Below, in pieces: positions 12,531 through 25,182 of a DNA stretch of 64,000 nt. Made by a program: the position numbers and the translations under genes. Source of the stretch: Felis catus (taxonomy: Eukaryota). Each line of letters begins with the position of its first letter. Position 1 is the first letter of the stretch. The notes beneath the pieces are model-generated. The model was given only the letters and a program-made list of their open reading frames with translations, was not told the origin of the DNA and made no database searches. The stretch is taken from contig NC_058382.1 in NCBI RefSeq assembly GCF_018350175.1, forward strand, positions 51,090,001 through 51,154,000. The letters run 5' to 3'.

Positions 12531-12675
12531 CAGGGAGAGCACAAGCTGGGTAGGGGAAGACAGAGGGAGAGCCTAGCATGGATCCTGATACAGGACTCGA
12601 TCTCATCCCCATGAGATCATGACCTGAGCCGAAATCAAGTCAGACACTTAACCCACTGAGCCACCCATGCATCCC
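12473..12675 (-). mobile_element. Can-SINE
   Basis: Reverse SINE; TSD agaaataaattctttt at 12457-12472 and 12676-12691. Confidence 0.95.
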
Positions 12676-14675
12676 AGAAATAAATTCTTTTGTTTTAAAG
12701 ATGAAACAACTGAATACCATTCGTATTCCTATTTAGATGAGCCTACCAAGAAGAACTAGAAAAGTCCTCTGGAGAGAAGAAAGGGAATCTATGGTTTCCA
12801 TTATAAATTGCAGGGATTTGGATCAGTTACATTTTTGCTGTTTTGTTGTTGTTGTTGTTGTGTTTCCTTATCTCAAAAACGAGCAAGATTTAAAGTAAGT
12901 GCTGTGTCCTTCAATAAAGTAGATAGAGAAGGAGATACAGTTCCAAGTATACCTAGTCTGTAGCAATTACTGGAATATTTTTGTTTTTATATACATAAAA
13001 AAAGTGAATTTTTCCACATTTCAACTGAGAGTAAGGAGTTTTAGTAATGCTTTGGGGAACTCCAGTAAAAACTGAACTTGACTAGGAGCAGAAAAAGCTT
13101 ATGCAAACCTTGCGATTAACTTCAAGCGTCACAAAATGACCTCATCTAACTGTGTTTTATGGCTTATTTTCTAACATCTGTAGTGTGATTATAAAAATAA
13201 GCTTCTTAGAGAAGGAAATATTTTCTTTTTCTGAAAATTATTTTGCCCTCAGTTATGAATATCACTTCAAAATTCATACTTACATTCTGTTCTATGAAGT
13301 TATTTTTTTAATATTGTTCTTCAACACACACATAATGCAAATGTTTTAAAATCGTCACAATGAGACACACTACACCCAAATCCGTAAGATAGTTCCGCTA
13401 TGGGTAGTATCGGTTATCCTGCTTTATGTTTTTCCTTTTTCATACTTACATGCATTTTAAAACTATCTCTCAAAGAGTCATATTTACATGACATGTTTGG
13501 CCCAGCAGTATATTTGAGTGAAACGCTTACATAAGATGCATTATTTTAGTCATTCGCTTGTATGCAAAGACAGGGTTTGGAACAAAGAGTAATTTTATTT
13601 AAATAAATTATACATAAGTTATGCATTTCCAATAAGGCCAAATTTTCAATGTTTTTCATGGAAAATATTCTACCATTTACAGTATATTCCTTAAGTTAGA
13701 ATTAAAGGATCTGAATTGCAATTTTAAAGTTGCAGAAAAAGACAATCATGTGAGGGCTTAATTTCTTCTCTAATTATTTTCTTCTCTTAGAGGACTTCAC
13801 AATTAATTTTTAATTCAGTGATATTCTTGGGGGGGGCATCACCCAAAAATTACAGAATGTCCTTTCTTTGTTATATAGCCATTAAGTAAATATTTGGATC
13901 TTTGAGCCTCTACCATAAAAAAAGTTGGGAATCACTACTGACACTTAAGAAATAAATAAGGCTGGTTATAGAAGGCTTTATGCAGATAGGATTAAAGAAT
14001 GACTTTCTCATTTTCCAGGCTAGAGAAACTCTCTTCAAGTCCAGGTGGAGGTGGAGGTATCGCTCATGTTTACTTTATAGAAGTCAATTTGATACAGAAG
14101 CCAAACTGACATCGAAGTCACACACGTGCGCACACACACACACACACACACCTGTAAATGTGTGTCCTTTATTACTTACAAAAAGCTATTTATGAAAGGT
14201 TACTCCCATTACAAGACAAGTTGAATTCCTGTGTTGCCACAGACAATATTATAAAGTAAATTCCGTCATCTTGACAAACACTGTACTTTAACACTTTAAT
14301 GAAAGTGTAGGCTTGGTACATCTATACATTGGATACAACTAGAGCTGCCAAAAGGGTCTCTTGGTTCATGCAACAAAACAGTTGAATTTTAAATGTATTT
14401 TGCTAAGTGAAAGAAATCAAACCCAAAGGGCTACATACCGTATGCCACCATTCATCTGACATTCTAGAAAACCCGAACTCTAGGGCAGATAAACAGATTC
14501 AGATCTGTGCCCGCCAAGGGCTGGTTGTTAAGAGGAGGGGGTTGTCTACAACGTACTGACACAAGGGGACTTCAGGGTAACAAAACTGTTCTGTATGCTA
14601 CTTGGATGGTAAGATACACAACCCTATGCATTTCCACATCACCAGAAATGAACCTAACCACATACAAACAAGCTA

Positions 14676-14816
14676 TTTTTAAACAGCTTTGTTGACATAT
14701 AATTGATATACAAAAGAAATGCGTGTACTGAATGTGTACAGTGTGGTAAATCTGGACACATGCAAACACCCATGGCACCATTACCACAATCAAGGAAACA
14801 GACATATCAAACACCT
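14676..14816 (-). mobile_element. L1MB-like 3' terminal fragment
   Basis: ttttaaacagctttgttgacatataattgatatacaa resembles the reverse-complement L1MB 3' end. Confidence 0.65.
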
Positions 14817-14895
14817 ACCCAACTTTAAAAACCCAACCTGCATATCAGGAGATCCCACAAGGGGAGGCAGATGATGACAAATGAATCTAACTACA

Positions 14896-15520
14896 GGCGG
14901 TAAGCAGATTTCTAAAGGGGTCCCTGTGTTTCCTCTACCACCCCTGGGACTGTGAAGACGAGAAGATCGCGCACCCGTGACCATGTGATGTTACATTTCA
15001 AACGGAACTTTTCAGATACAATTAAAATTACCAATCAATTGGCTTTCAGTTAATCAAAAGAGATTTTCCAGATGGATCTAATAGCATCAGCAGTTTAAAA
15101 GAGTTTTCTCCAGCTGGTAACAGAAGTGGGATCGTAGGCAGGATTCACTGCCGACTTTGAAGCAACGGGGTCACTGCTGGCTTTGAAGTTTGAGGGGGCT
15201 ACATGCAAGGACTGGAGAGTAACTTCTGGAAGCTGAGGATGACTGACAGCCAGCAAGGAAATGAAGACCTCGCTCTTACCGCCTCAAGCAACCTGCATCT
15301 GCCAACCACCTAAATGAGCCTGCGAGCAGGTCCTCCCACAGGGCTTCCACACAAAAGCCCAGCACAACTGACGTCTTGATGTCTGCCTTGTGTGACCTTA
15401 AGCAAAGAGCCTGGAAGAGCCACCCAGGCTTCGGGCCTATCCAACTGTGAGCTAATAAAGAGATATTCTTTTCAGCTGCTAGGCTGTGGTAAATTAACAC
15501 AGCACTGGAAAACTAATACA
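14896..15520 (+). mobile_element. MaLR solo LTR (MLT1E-like)
   Basis: Ends gaaaactaataca; MLT1 motifs (gccagcaaggaaatgaagacctc; tctgccaaccacctaaatgagc); 5-bp TSD ctaca/ctgca. Confidence 0.8.
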
Positions 15521-16386
15521 CTGCATTACAAACGTATGGCGTATCCTCACTGGAGGTGGTGGGCAGAAAATGAGCTGACCTACATAACTTTGGAAAACAG
15601 TGTTCTGACTGGATATTGAAGATTAAAGACAAAAGATCTGCACATAAACACTGTACTCTAATGGGTAGTTTTGTTTCTCACAGGAGTAGAGGCTAGCAAT
15701 TCTGAAGCTACTTTATATGCATACTAGGATTAAACAAGTAAATAATTTGTACATCGTGGGAGCCAGGTTTCTCATTATCCCAGAAAGAAGTTACAAAAAA
15801 GCAAGGAAAAGCAAGGGGAGAAGGCTAGAATGTGGATTAGGGTGTATATGTAAATATAAACTCACATTTATAGGCAGATACAGAAATAAAAAACTCACGT
15901 TTATAGGCAGATGTATACATCAGTTACTATACAAACATTTCCTAGCTCTGGGGGCCTACGATCGGTGATGCCCCAGTAGCAGCATTGAACACACCTAGTA
16001 CCCAAATCTTAATTTCTAAATACCATTCCAATAAAAGAAACCAGAAACCAGGGATCCTTGGAGAAATGGCTGATTTTGAACTGGGGCGGGAAATATCCAC
16101 AGTGAGCCTGGAACATCTCACTGTCCTTAAACAATACAAGACCCAAGAAAATACAGAAAAGATGTTCACAAGGAACAGGAGTCAATGGAAAGAGCCCACA
16201 ATGGCCAGAGCTGGAAGAACTTTGGCAGTAAAATAAATTATCGATGTTACTGGACTATAACCCAAATAATGAAATAAATATCCATGGGTCTGTGCTGAGA
16301 GTAATAAATGACTGAATAAGTAAGTTGCGGGGGGAGAGAACATTTTTCCTCACAGAAGAATTTCAGATCATAAATGAAGAAGGAAT

Positions 16387-17008
16387 TCAAACTGTGTTCA
16401 TAAGGTTAATGAGGCTGAAACCAGCAAAAAGTTTAAAGCTTATTTTTCAGAGAACTGTTTCCCCCTAATCAGCTACTGTGCCTTTCCAGACCCTGCTATC
16501 AAACTCACCAGCTGTCTCTGGAGGAGAGACCTCAAGGCCAACCCATAGGGGTCCAGCTTTTGAAGGAGCAAAGCCCTGCATTCCCTGCCCAACACAAGGA
16601 GACCAAGACCCCATCCAGTTTATACCAGCTTCGGAGCATACCCATGGCCCCTTCTCCTTGTCCTAAGATAACCTGATGTCAGGGGCTGAATTCTGCCTCG
16701 TCCCAATGTTAAGTCTCCACCCAGAGGGAACACAGGCTGTATGACACACACGTTTGCTCAATGCACATGTTCCATCTTTCCTCATGGACCGTCATAAATT
16801 CTCCTGCCCTTTCCATCAATAGGCATGTCATCTCAACCCCTAGGATTCCAACCAACTTGTTCTCTCCCACTTCGGGGAGGTGGACTGGGGGCATGTCTTC
16901 CTGCCTACCTTGTTTGGCCACCTTTCGAATAAACTTTCATTGCTGCAAACCTATGTCTCAGTTTTTGGCTCTGCTGCACAATGGGCAGATGGCCTGGGTT
17001 CAGTTACA
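16387..17008 (+). mobile_element. ERV1-like solo LTR
   Basis: Ends ggttcagttaca; aataaa at 16928-16933; 4-bp TSD gaat at 16383-16386 and 17009-17012; L1MC sequence resumes afterwards. Confidence 0.75.
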
Positions 17009-17486
17009 GAATGAAGGAAATGGAAAATCAGCTTCAGGACACCACAACAGTAACTGCCGCAGGCAAAAATCCAGGGAAGAACGCTAAAATTAGTGGGCAG
17101 AACTCGTGGGATAGGCAAGACTGCAAGCACGGTCTCCAAGCACCTCCAACAAAAATTTGTTAATTACTGGAGTCGTTTTAACCTGAATCGACAACATTTT
17201 TGATACTCCTCCCGGAGGAGGTCTACCTCAGTCATGTTCCCTTTGACTGTGGGCTGGACTTCGTGAACGGCTCCTAACACACCGATGATGGGAAGGGGAA
17301 AAAATCCTAACTTTAGAGGGGAGAACACTGACAGCGCCACCTTAGCCAGGTGACCAAAGTAATTTTATTTGTTTCTCTTACATGGATCTCAAAAGACTCT
17401 AGCTTCAATTTTTACAGTGGCCTATCCTTTAATGAAAACAAAATAACAAACAACATTCTGGCTATTCTACTTTTGGACATACTGAC

Positions 17487-17952
17487 TGTGATCCTTAATG
17501 TGCCAACTTGCCTAGGCTGAGATGCCCAGAGAGCCGGTAAAACGCTGTTTTTCTCATTTGTGAGTCTGTTTCTGGAAGAGATTAGCATCTGATTCCCGAG
17601 ACTGAGTGAAGAGATCCGTGCTCATCAACATGGGTGGCCATCAGGAAATCCACGGACAGCAGCAATGGAACAAAGAGGCGAGGGGAGGGCAAATTCTCTC
17701 CCTTCTTAAGCTGGGACGGCCATGTGCTCCCACCCTCGGACATCAGAGCTCCTGTTCTCAGGCCTTTGAACTTCAGGACTTACGGCAGCACCTCCCCTGG
17801 CTCTCAGGCCTTCAGACTCAGACTGAACCAGCTCTCCTGGTTCTCCAGTTTGCCGGCGGCAGACTGTGGGACTTCTCCAACTCCTGTAGTAAGTCTCCTC
17901 TTACATATGTCTCTAGAGAATTGGTTCTGCTTCCCTTGGAGAACCCGAATAC
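17487..17952 (+). mobile_element. ERVL solo LTR (MLT2B-like)
   Basis: tgtgat...aataca termini; gtttctggaagagattagcat and ttggttctgcttcccttggagaacc motifs typical of MLT2. Confidence 0.8.
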
Positions 17953-20900
17953 ATTTATTTGCACATTCCACCTTCCATACACATGATCTTCTTTTTCATA
18001 CAACCATATAAATTTAGATCCTCAAGAAACAGATCCACAGCCTGACTCTGGAGTCAGGGACATCTTGCAATTATTGTGGAAGCATATGTGGACAGGCATG
18101 TTTTTACCGATGAGAATTTTCATTCCATCCAGATCCAGTCATCCGACCCCTCAAAATGTTTAAAAAACAAACAACAACAGTAGTCCTGAGGACAGCCATT
18201 TTTAGCTTCACTTATCTCTACAGAGCAACCTACTGCTTTCACAAAGAAAAGACTTGATGCTTACGTGAAATAATTGATAAACAAAGGAAAGGTATAAAAT
18301 ATTTTAATTACTTGGCCCTTTACTGAAGAAAAAAAAAACATTGTATCTGGATTCGAGAAATCTGAGCTTCAAGTTAAGCCAAAGTAAGAGCCACTGTCAT
18401 TTACAGACGATGAATTTACAGTTCAACGAAGAATCTTCTTACACACTGTTTCATCTTCATAAATAGAGTGGCCATGTGTCCCGGTTTATCCCCGCTGTCC
18501 CAGCATATTCTTTCCTCCTGGCATGCTTGGCATTCGTCCTGGATTTTTCATATTTTAATAAGGTATTATTGTAGTACTTACACTCACATAAGCTAAGCTG
18601 GATTTGACAGAGCTGCACGGTGTCCTTTCAGCTTCTGCCAGAGCCTACGAATGAAATGTCTGAGTCATAGGTGCAGGGAAACAGCTTATGGAAACATGTG
18701 GTTAAATCTGCACGTTAACTGGCTATAACCTCTCTCTTTTCCAAGCACTTTACGGACACAAGGTAATTAACACCTCCCTCTCAAGGACAACATGCAGGGC
18801 GCTTGCTGATAAAATTAAGTGCTCTATGACAGGACCAGCTAGGGACAGTGACCCCGTCGGGTCTCGGGCAGTGATAGGCGTAAAGGAGGATACGAGGCTC
18901 CTGCCGGTCACCTAGTGCGCCAGAGTGCTGTGTGGTGGTTTGCTGTGCGGCTTGTGGGGAGCTCAACGCTGCTCGGCAGACGGGGGCAGAGGGGAGTGTG
19001 GGAAATTATGGGCTAGACCATTACAAGTTAGGTCCGTGAAATAAGTGTGCAAAGACACAACAGTCCAAAATGCTTGCTACAGAGGTTTTGTCACATATTG
19101 TGTGTGTCAATCTTTTTCGTGTAATTTATGCATTTTAGTGCTTTTTTGCTTTCTTTTGAAACCTTAAGACTGGAAAGAGCTCAAAAAGGCATATTAATTT
19201 TTTTTTAAATCATAAACTTTGAGGTCGAATGTATACAGTGTTTACATCTCACCAGCCCCAGGAACACCAGAAGACATCAGCATCTATTTGCTAAAGAAGC
19301 ATCAGCACCCATTTCAAAGTGGGTTGCTGTGCTAAGAAGATAAACCCAAAGTCTAGATCCTCTTCCACCTCCAGAAAGGGCTCAACTGATCTTCATTTAG
19401 ATCAAGTGACTGTCCTCCTAAATTAATCTTGCGTATGTGTGATCCCAAATATTTTATGTACACGTAAAAAGTAAAATGGTGGCCGTTAATACGTTAGCTC
19501 CATTTGCAAAATAACAATGAAAACAACTCCTCAAAAATGAAATGATACCATTTTGTATCAAGACTATCACATACTTTAAACACAAAATTATCTGTTAATA
19601 TATTTCAATAAGCATTCTGTTTTTCCATCCAGTTACTGGAGTTAAATTTATGTTCTGAGAAGTTTAGCTGGTAAAAGGTAAAACATCTGTTGTTATTGCA
19701 GATGCTGTTATAAATTCAGTAAAGTCCTATTTTGAGGAAAGTATTATTTGATTTTGTAGCGATAACTCTAATAGAAATTGTGGTGGAACACAGCATCTTG
19801 GTAAAAGCCATGTTCTTAATAAATTAAGAAATCTATAGATTAGAAATGTATTTAAATGTGCCATTTATCACACATCCTATCAACCATTTCATCGCCGCAC
19901 TTAAATTAGACAGGTAGAGCCTATCAAATGAGCAACCTAATGAACTACAGCTTTGGAAGCTTAGGAGACGTTTAGGAACTTGCAATTATTGACGTAAAGT
20001 TTGCAAAGAGAATGATAATGATATTTACTCTTGTAAAATAATGAGAAATACCCAAACTTACAGATGAGAGCTAACCTGGCATACAAAATTTAGTTTTGTA
20101 CTTCTGTAACAATATTTTAGAGTATCCCAAAGTTCCCATGTATACTTGGAAAAATATATCTTGGAACCACACTGAGAAAACCTACAATTTGGTGAAACAT
20201 CAAAATTTGATGAAACGTTCAAAATAATCATTAACAGAAACAATTTGTTGAACTTTTGCTTATATACATATTTAACAAAGAAAATACTCTATTTGCGGGC
20301 AAGAAGCCAGTCCTTACGAAAATATCGGGGCTAGAACATTTATATGTCTCAGTGTGAAACAAACAGACCTGAGGGTCTTCTCCATTCAGACTTCGCCCTG
20401 ACTTTACCTGACAACTATGTACTTTACCTGACAACTGTTTTTTCTCAGATTCAACAATATTATGATTTATGGAAAAGAGTCCCTTAACATGCAAATACTT
20501 TCATATTTATTAACCATCAAATGCAATTTTGAAGAACAAAGCACTTTTACTTCTAAAAATTAAGATAATTTTTAGAAATAAGAAAACAGAAAATACCGGA
20601 TACACATTATTAAAGACAGAGCTAAAAGGCAAACTAAAATACATAATTATGAACAAGAAACACTCTCTCATATCCCCTTAATAAATAGCAAGGTTTTTTG
20701 TTGAATGTACATAAATATATTATTATTAGCTTTATAGAAATCGTTTTATTTAAATAGTTTTGGAATAACACTGTACTATTGATCCACCAATATATAAGGA
20801 CCCAAATATATATATTTAACTATTAAATTATTAAATTTAGATACAAATCAGACCCAAACAGTACAAAATTTAGATAGTTAAAACTATCAGCAAGAGAAAT

Positions 20901-21898
20901 TAAGAAAAAAATTAGATAAATTTAACTATTTTAAATTTTTATTTCACTCTCAAAAGTACTATCCAAAATGTCTGGAGGATCAATTATAAGAAGAATAGTA
21001 ACTCTACAGGATACAAATAATACAGACTACGTTTGTGTGACTAATTTACTCTTACCAAATAAACAGAAGACCCAAACTTACTGACAGGTGAGAGCTAAAA
21101 TGGCACACAAGATGGAATTTTTTCTTCTGTAACTGTTTCAGAGCATCCCAAGCCTCACAGCTCAAAGGCACAGAGCTAGATACTAGAAGGTCAGGGACTT
21201 GAGCCAAGGCCACAGGGAAACATCTAGTGAGAAGTTACGATCTAAAGAACAGCAAACCATATGCGAGAAGCAGTGATAATATTCTCAATATGCTTCATCA
21301 ATTCAGAACACAGAAAGGAAAAAAAAAAACAATTAAATAACACAGAAGTCTTTAAGAGGTCCAAAGTATCACTTTTAAATCAAAGAATCCAAAACAAGGA
21401 CACACAAAATAACATACTGCTGATTAGACAAGCCTTGAGAAAGGTAACTGTCTGGGAGAACTCTGAACCATTCCTTCTTGCAAAGGAAGAGGCAGAACTC
21501 CATTCCAGACATCTGGGCTGGGGGGCCGCAGTTTGGTGAGTAACTGAGAGTGAGGCAAAAAGCAAGCCTGGCACAGTATCTGTAGAAATGTGAACATTCC
21601 TGACGACCAGAAGACCAGAAGTTACGATCACCAAGCAGAACGCTAGATTTTAAAGGCTGTATTAGAAAAGCTAGATAAAATGCAAGTAGTAGAGCTTCTT
21701 GAACAGAAAAAAAAAAAAGAAAAAAGGATGTAATGAAGAATGAAGTTAGCCTAGAGTTAAGAGCATCAACTTGACAGTCACTTATTCGTTCACACATTCC
21801 ACAAACATTCACTGAATGTGAACAATATACCAGAAACAGCTCTATGCAGTGAGGAGAGAACAATAAACGAAACAGGCTCTGACTGAGGTGCTGATGGC

Positions 21899-22120
21899 CG
21901 TGATGGTCTTCGTGTTGGGTCCCCCTGGCTAGGGTGTAGTCTCCAGTTATTCAATCAAATACAAATCTAGGTGAAGGTATTTTTGTAGATGTCATTAAAG
22001 CCCATAATCTGTTGCTTTTAAGTAAAGGAGATAATTCTAGATAATCTGAGTGGGCCACATTTAATCAGGTGAAGGGCCTTAAGAGTAAAACATGAGTCTT
22101 TCCTGAAGAAGAAAAAAGCA
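21899..22120 (+). mobile_element. ERVL LTR 5' fragment (MLT2D-like)
   Basis: ccagttattcaatcaaatacaaatctaggtg...ttaagtaaaggagataattctagataatctgagtgggcc. Confidence 0.7.
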
Positions 22121-22227
22121 GTCCCAAATGGTAGAATATTTCAATAAGATTTGGTCCATTCATACAAAGGAAACTTATCAAGACGTTAGAAAATGTTTGA
22201 CAGGAAAATTAAACAATTATATAAAAT

Positions 22228-22405
22228 ATTATATATATATATATATATACACATATTATATAAAGGCTGTATATATATATGATATATATATATAAGATAG
22301 ATATGATATATATATATAAGATAGATATATGTATATAAGATATATATATATGAGATAGATATATATATAAGATATATATATATGATATAAAGACTATATA
22401 TATAT
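22228..22405. repeat. AT-rich (TA)n/(GATATATA)n simple repeat
   Basis: Seen directly. Confidence 0.9.
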
Positions 22406-24308
22406 TACATAAAGGCTGAAATATTTACTATTAAGTCCAATTCAGAATACTTGGGACAATAATTCAGTGCTCCAACTTCTGTGTAAATAGAGCTGGATTT
22501 AAATCCTGGGTCAATCACATGTCACCAGTACAACTTTGGTCCATTTATTTAAACTTCCTAATCCTCCAATCCCACCTCTCCAGGTTAGTATTGTGAGTAA
22601 AAAGGTGGCAAGTGCTAAACAGTCAGCAACAATATGGAATAAATCTAGTTATCTTTTGTAAATGTACATTTGATGTGTATGTTCATACATATATATGAAA
22701 AATACACACTATATATAATATAGCAATATATACATATATAATACATATATACACACAGAGAACAAGGTGTATATGTATTATTTAACTAAAACACATAGAA
22801 GTATTTTCACTTTACACTGAATACCAAATGTCAATCTCTGGTTGGGTTTGTGAGTTCATTTCATTCGGTCCAGAAGTATTTATCACAGTGCCTTTACGGT
22901 CCAGGCACAAAATGCCAAGTGCAGGGGAGACAGCAGTAAATGTAACAGCTTTTCTTGTTTCATTTATTTTCCAAGTTTTTGCTTATGAGTTTTACTTTTC
23001 AAATATACATACAATTATTTTTAAGACTAAAACAACTTCCTAGTTATTACAGAAGACTACGGTAGTGCACGGAAAAGAAACACCAAAATGTAACTACAAA
23101 GGCACCCAGCTCTACCCAGGATGAGACAAAGCCACCCTGAGCCTGCTCTCAAAACAACTGGTACGATTTTCTCTGCTCTCACCAGTTAAGCCTCAAACTG
23201 CTCTCTCTTCGACATCTCTTAGGTGAGTCCTGCTATTATTTCAGCGAGGTCTCAGGATTGCACCTCCTTTTATAATAGCCTCCAGAGTTTTGTGGACAGA
23301 TTTCCTCTGGCCACGAGGCTTCCTGGAAATGTTTTCCAGCAGGATTTGCCTTTACACAAGCTTATCTCATCTGTGCTAAAGAGGGAATGTGTGTATTTGG
23401 CTCAATTACCCATTCTACTACCTTCTGTTTCCTGGCTGAAAGAGAATTACAAGATAGATGATCTGTCTGGCTCTCTGGTCACAGGCACCCTCTGTGTCCT
23501 CAATTTCTGTCTCTGTGAAAGGAGCACAATAATGGCCACCCTGCTCATCCCCCCTCCCCCAATGAAATACATTAGCAGTTAATAAGTGGGCTCAGAAACG
23601 CAAACATACCATCCTGATATAAAATGGTGTTATGAATTGTGCTAAGTGACTACGAGCACAGCTCCTGAAAGGCCTTTTCCTTTGGGGCCATTGTTTCCGT
23701 ATGTTACAAAAAGAAGGATAATACCTGGACCAGTTTCACACAGCTATTACAAATGTTATATATTTGTATAAGTAGCATCTAAAAAGTTATGTATTTGTAT
23801 ATACGGCACCTAAAATGTTATTTTAAGCTACAAGGTAATTATCCTCCAAAAAAAATGTCAGGTTAGCACTTATCAATAGTAATTTGAAATGAGCGGGATG
23901 TCAGGGTGAACCATGTACTTCCATCCTTACAGATAAAATATACTACCTGAGCTCAAAAGCATTTATTCAAATGCCTCTCCTGAGAGGTTAACAGGGCTGC
24001 TGCTGCCAGAACATTCGGTGCACTAGATGCAGGCCCAAGGAGTTTGTGGCTCTGTTGGAAGATTAAGGACTCTCGGCTCCCCATGTTACTGCCAGCTCCC
24101 AGCGTCCTCATCAATCTCTCCAGCTGGCTGTGGGGGTACTGCTTTCTCACTGCAGTTTTATAAACAGGAGTAGTGAGCTATTGTTGCCACATACACTCAT
24201 GCCTGACTACAAAAAAAATAAATACTTTAACTCAAACTTCTGAGAATAGAAAATTGGCTAAATGCCAAGAAATAAAGAAATTAGGTCACTGGGAACCCAG
24301 AGAAATGA

Positions 24309-24311
<3 letters not shown>

Positions 24312-24398
<87 letters not shown>
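24312..24398. repeat. Compound (CT)n(CA)n microsatellite
   Basis: Seen directly. Confidence 0.95.
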
Positions 24399-24402
<4 letters not shown>

Positions 24403-24844
24403 CATTTCCCCAAGCTCCAGATGCTGACTCTCCATAGTGACATCATGTGGACACTGAAGGGATGTGGCAGAGATGAACACAAAGATAATTCATCAATATG
24501 CATTATTTATGGTTTAAGGTTAGTTGTTGATTCCATTTATGCTTTATTTCTCTTGTTTTCCTTTTGTGTATACAGTTCATGCCAGAATTAATCATTCCTT
24601 TCCCCCACGGTCTCGCAGCAGGGTGTTTGTTCCTCACTCGGTCTTATGCTGTCACCAGTTTCTATCAGCTATTCTCCATCTGTTCCCCTCCCCAGCTGCA
24701 CCCCACACCTCCTGCACAATATCCCACAAAAGACACACCCCAAGGGAAGACCCCCATAATGCACTGTACCTACTTCAAAAGCACGGTGTTATCTGGATAA
24801 CCTTGAATCCACCCTGACTTTTTTTTTTTTTCCAAAAATAAGTC

Positions 24845-25182
24845 TTAAGAAACAACAAGTATTGGTGAGGATGTAGAGAAAAAGGAACCCTGGTGCACTG
24901 CTGGTGGGAACGCAAATTGGTAGAGCCACTGTGGAACCCTATGTATGGAGGTTCCTCAAAAAATTAAAAATAGAACGACCCTCTGACCCAGGAATTGCAC
25001 TACTGGGTATTCACCCCCCCCCCCCCGCCAAAAAAATGCAAAAACGCTATGTTTACTGCAACATTGTTTACAATAACCAAGATACAGAAGCAGCCGAGCG
25101 ACCACCGATAGATGAATGGATAAAGAGGATGTGGTATGTATATACAATGGAATATTCAGCCATCAAGGAGAATAAAATCTTG
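24845..25182 (+). mobile_element. 5'-truncated carnivore L1 (left part; continues at 32179-32460)
   Basis: ORF2 C-terminal peptides [19 protein letters not shown] and DEWIKRMWYVYTMEY; sequence resumes as ttttgccatttgca...gctaaacaaagtaagtcagag after the younger L1. Confidence 0.9.

Larger units (their letters stand above)
14310..17365 (+). mobile_element. Old L1MC-like 3' end split by three nested insertions
   Basis: L1 3' motifs (ctaagtgaaagaaatcaaaccc; ccagggatccttggagaaatggctga; ccaccttagccaggtgaccaaagt) resume on each side of the inserts. Confidence 0.7.

Noticed and set aside
21375..21863. 162-aa hydrophobic minus-strand ORF
   Set aside because: The hydrophobicity comes from the reverse complement of A-rich low-complexity DNA and an L2 fragment.
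24173..24591. SLSL/HTHT/CVCV/ERER peptides
   Set aside because: Microsatellite translations.
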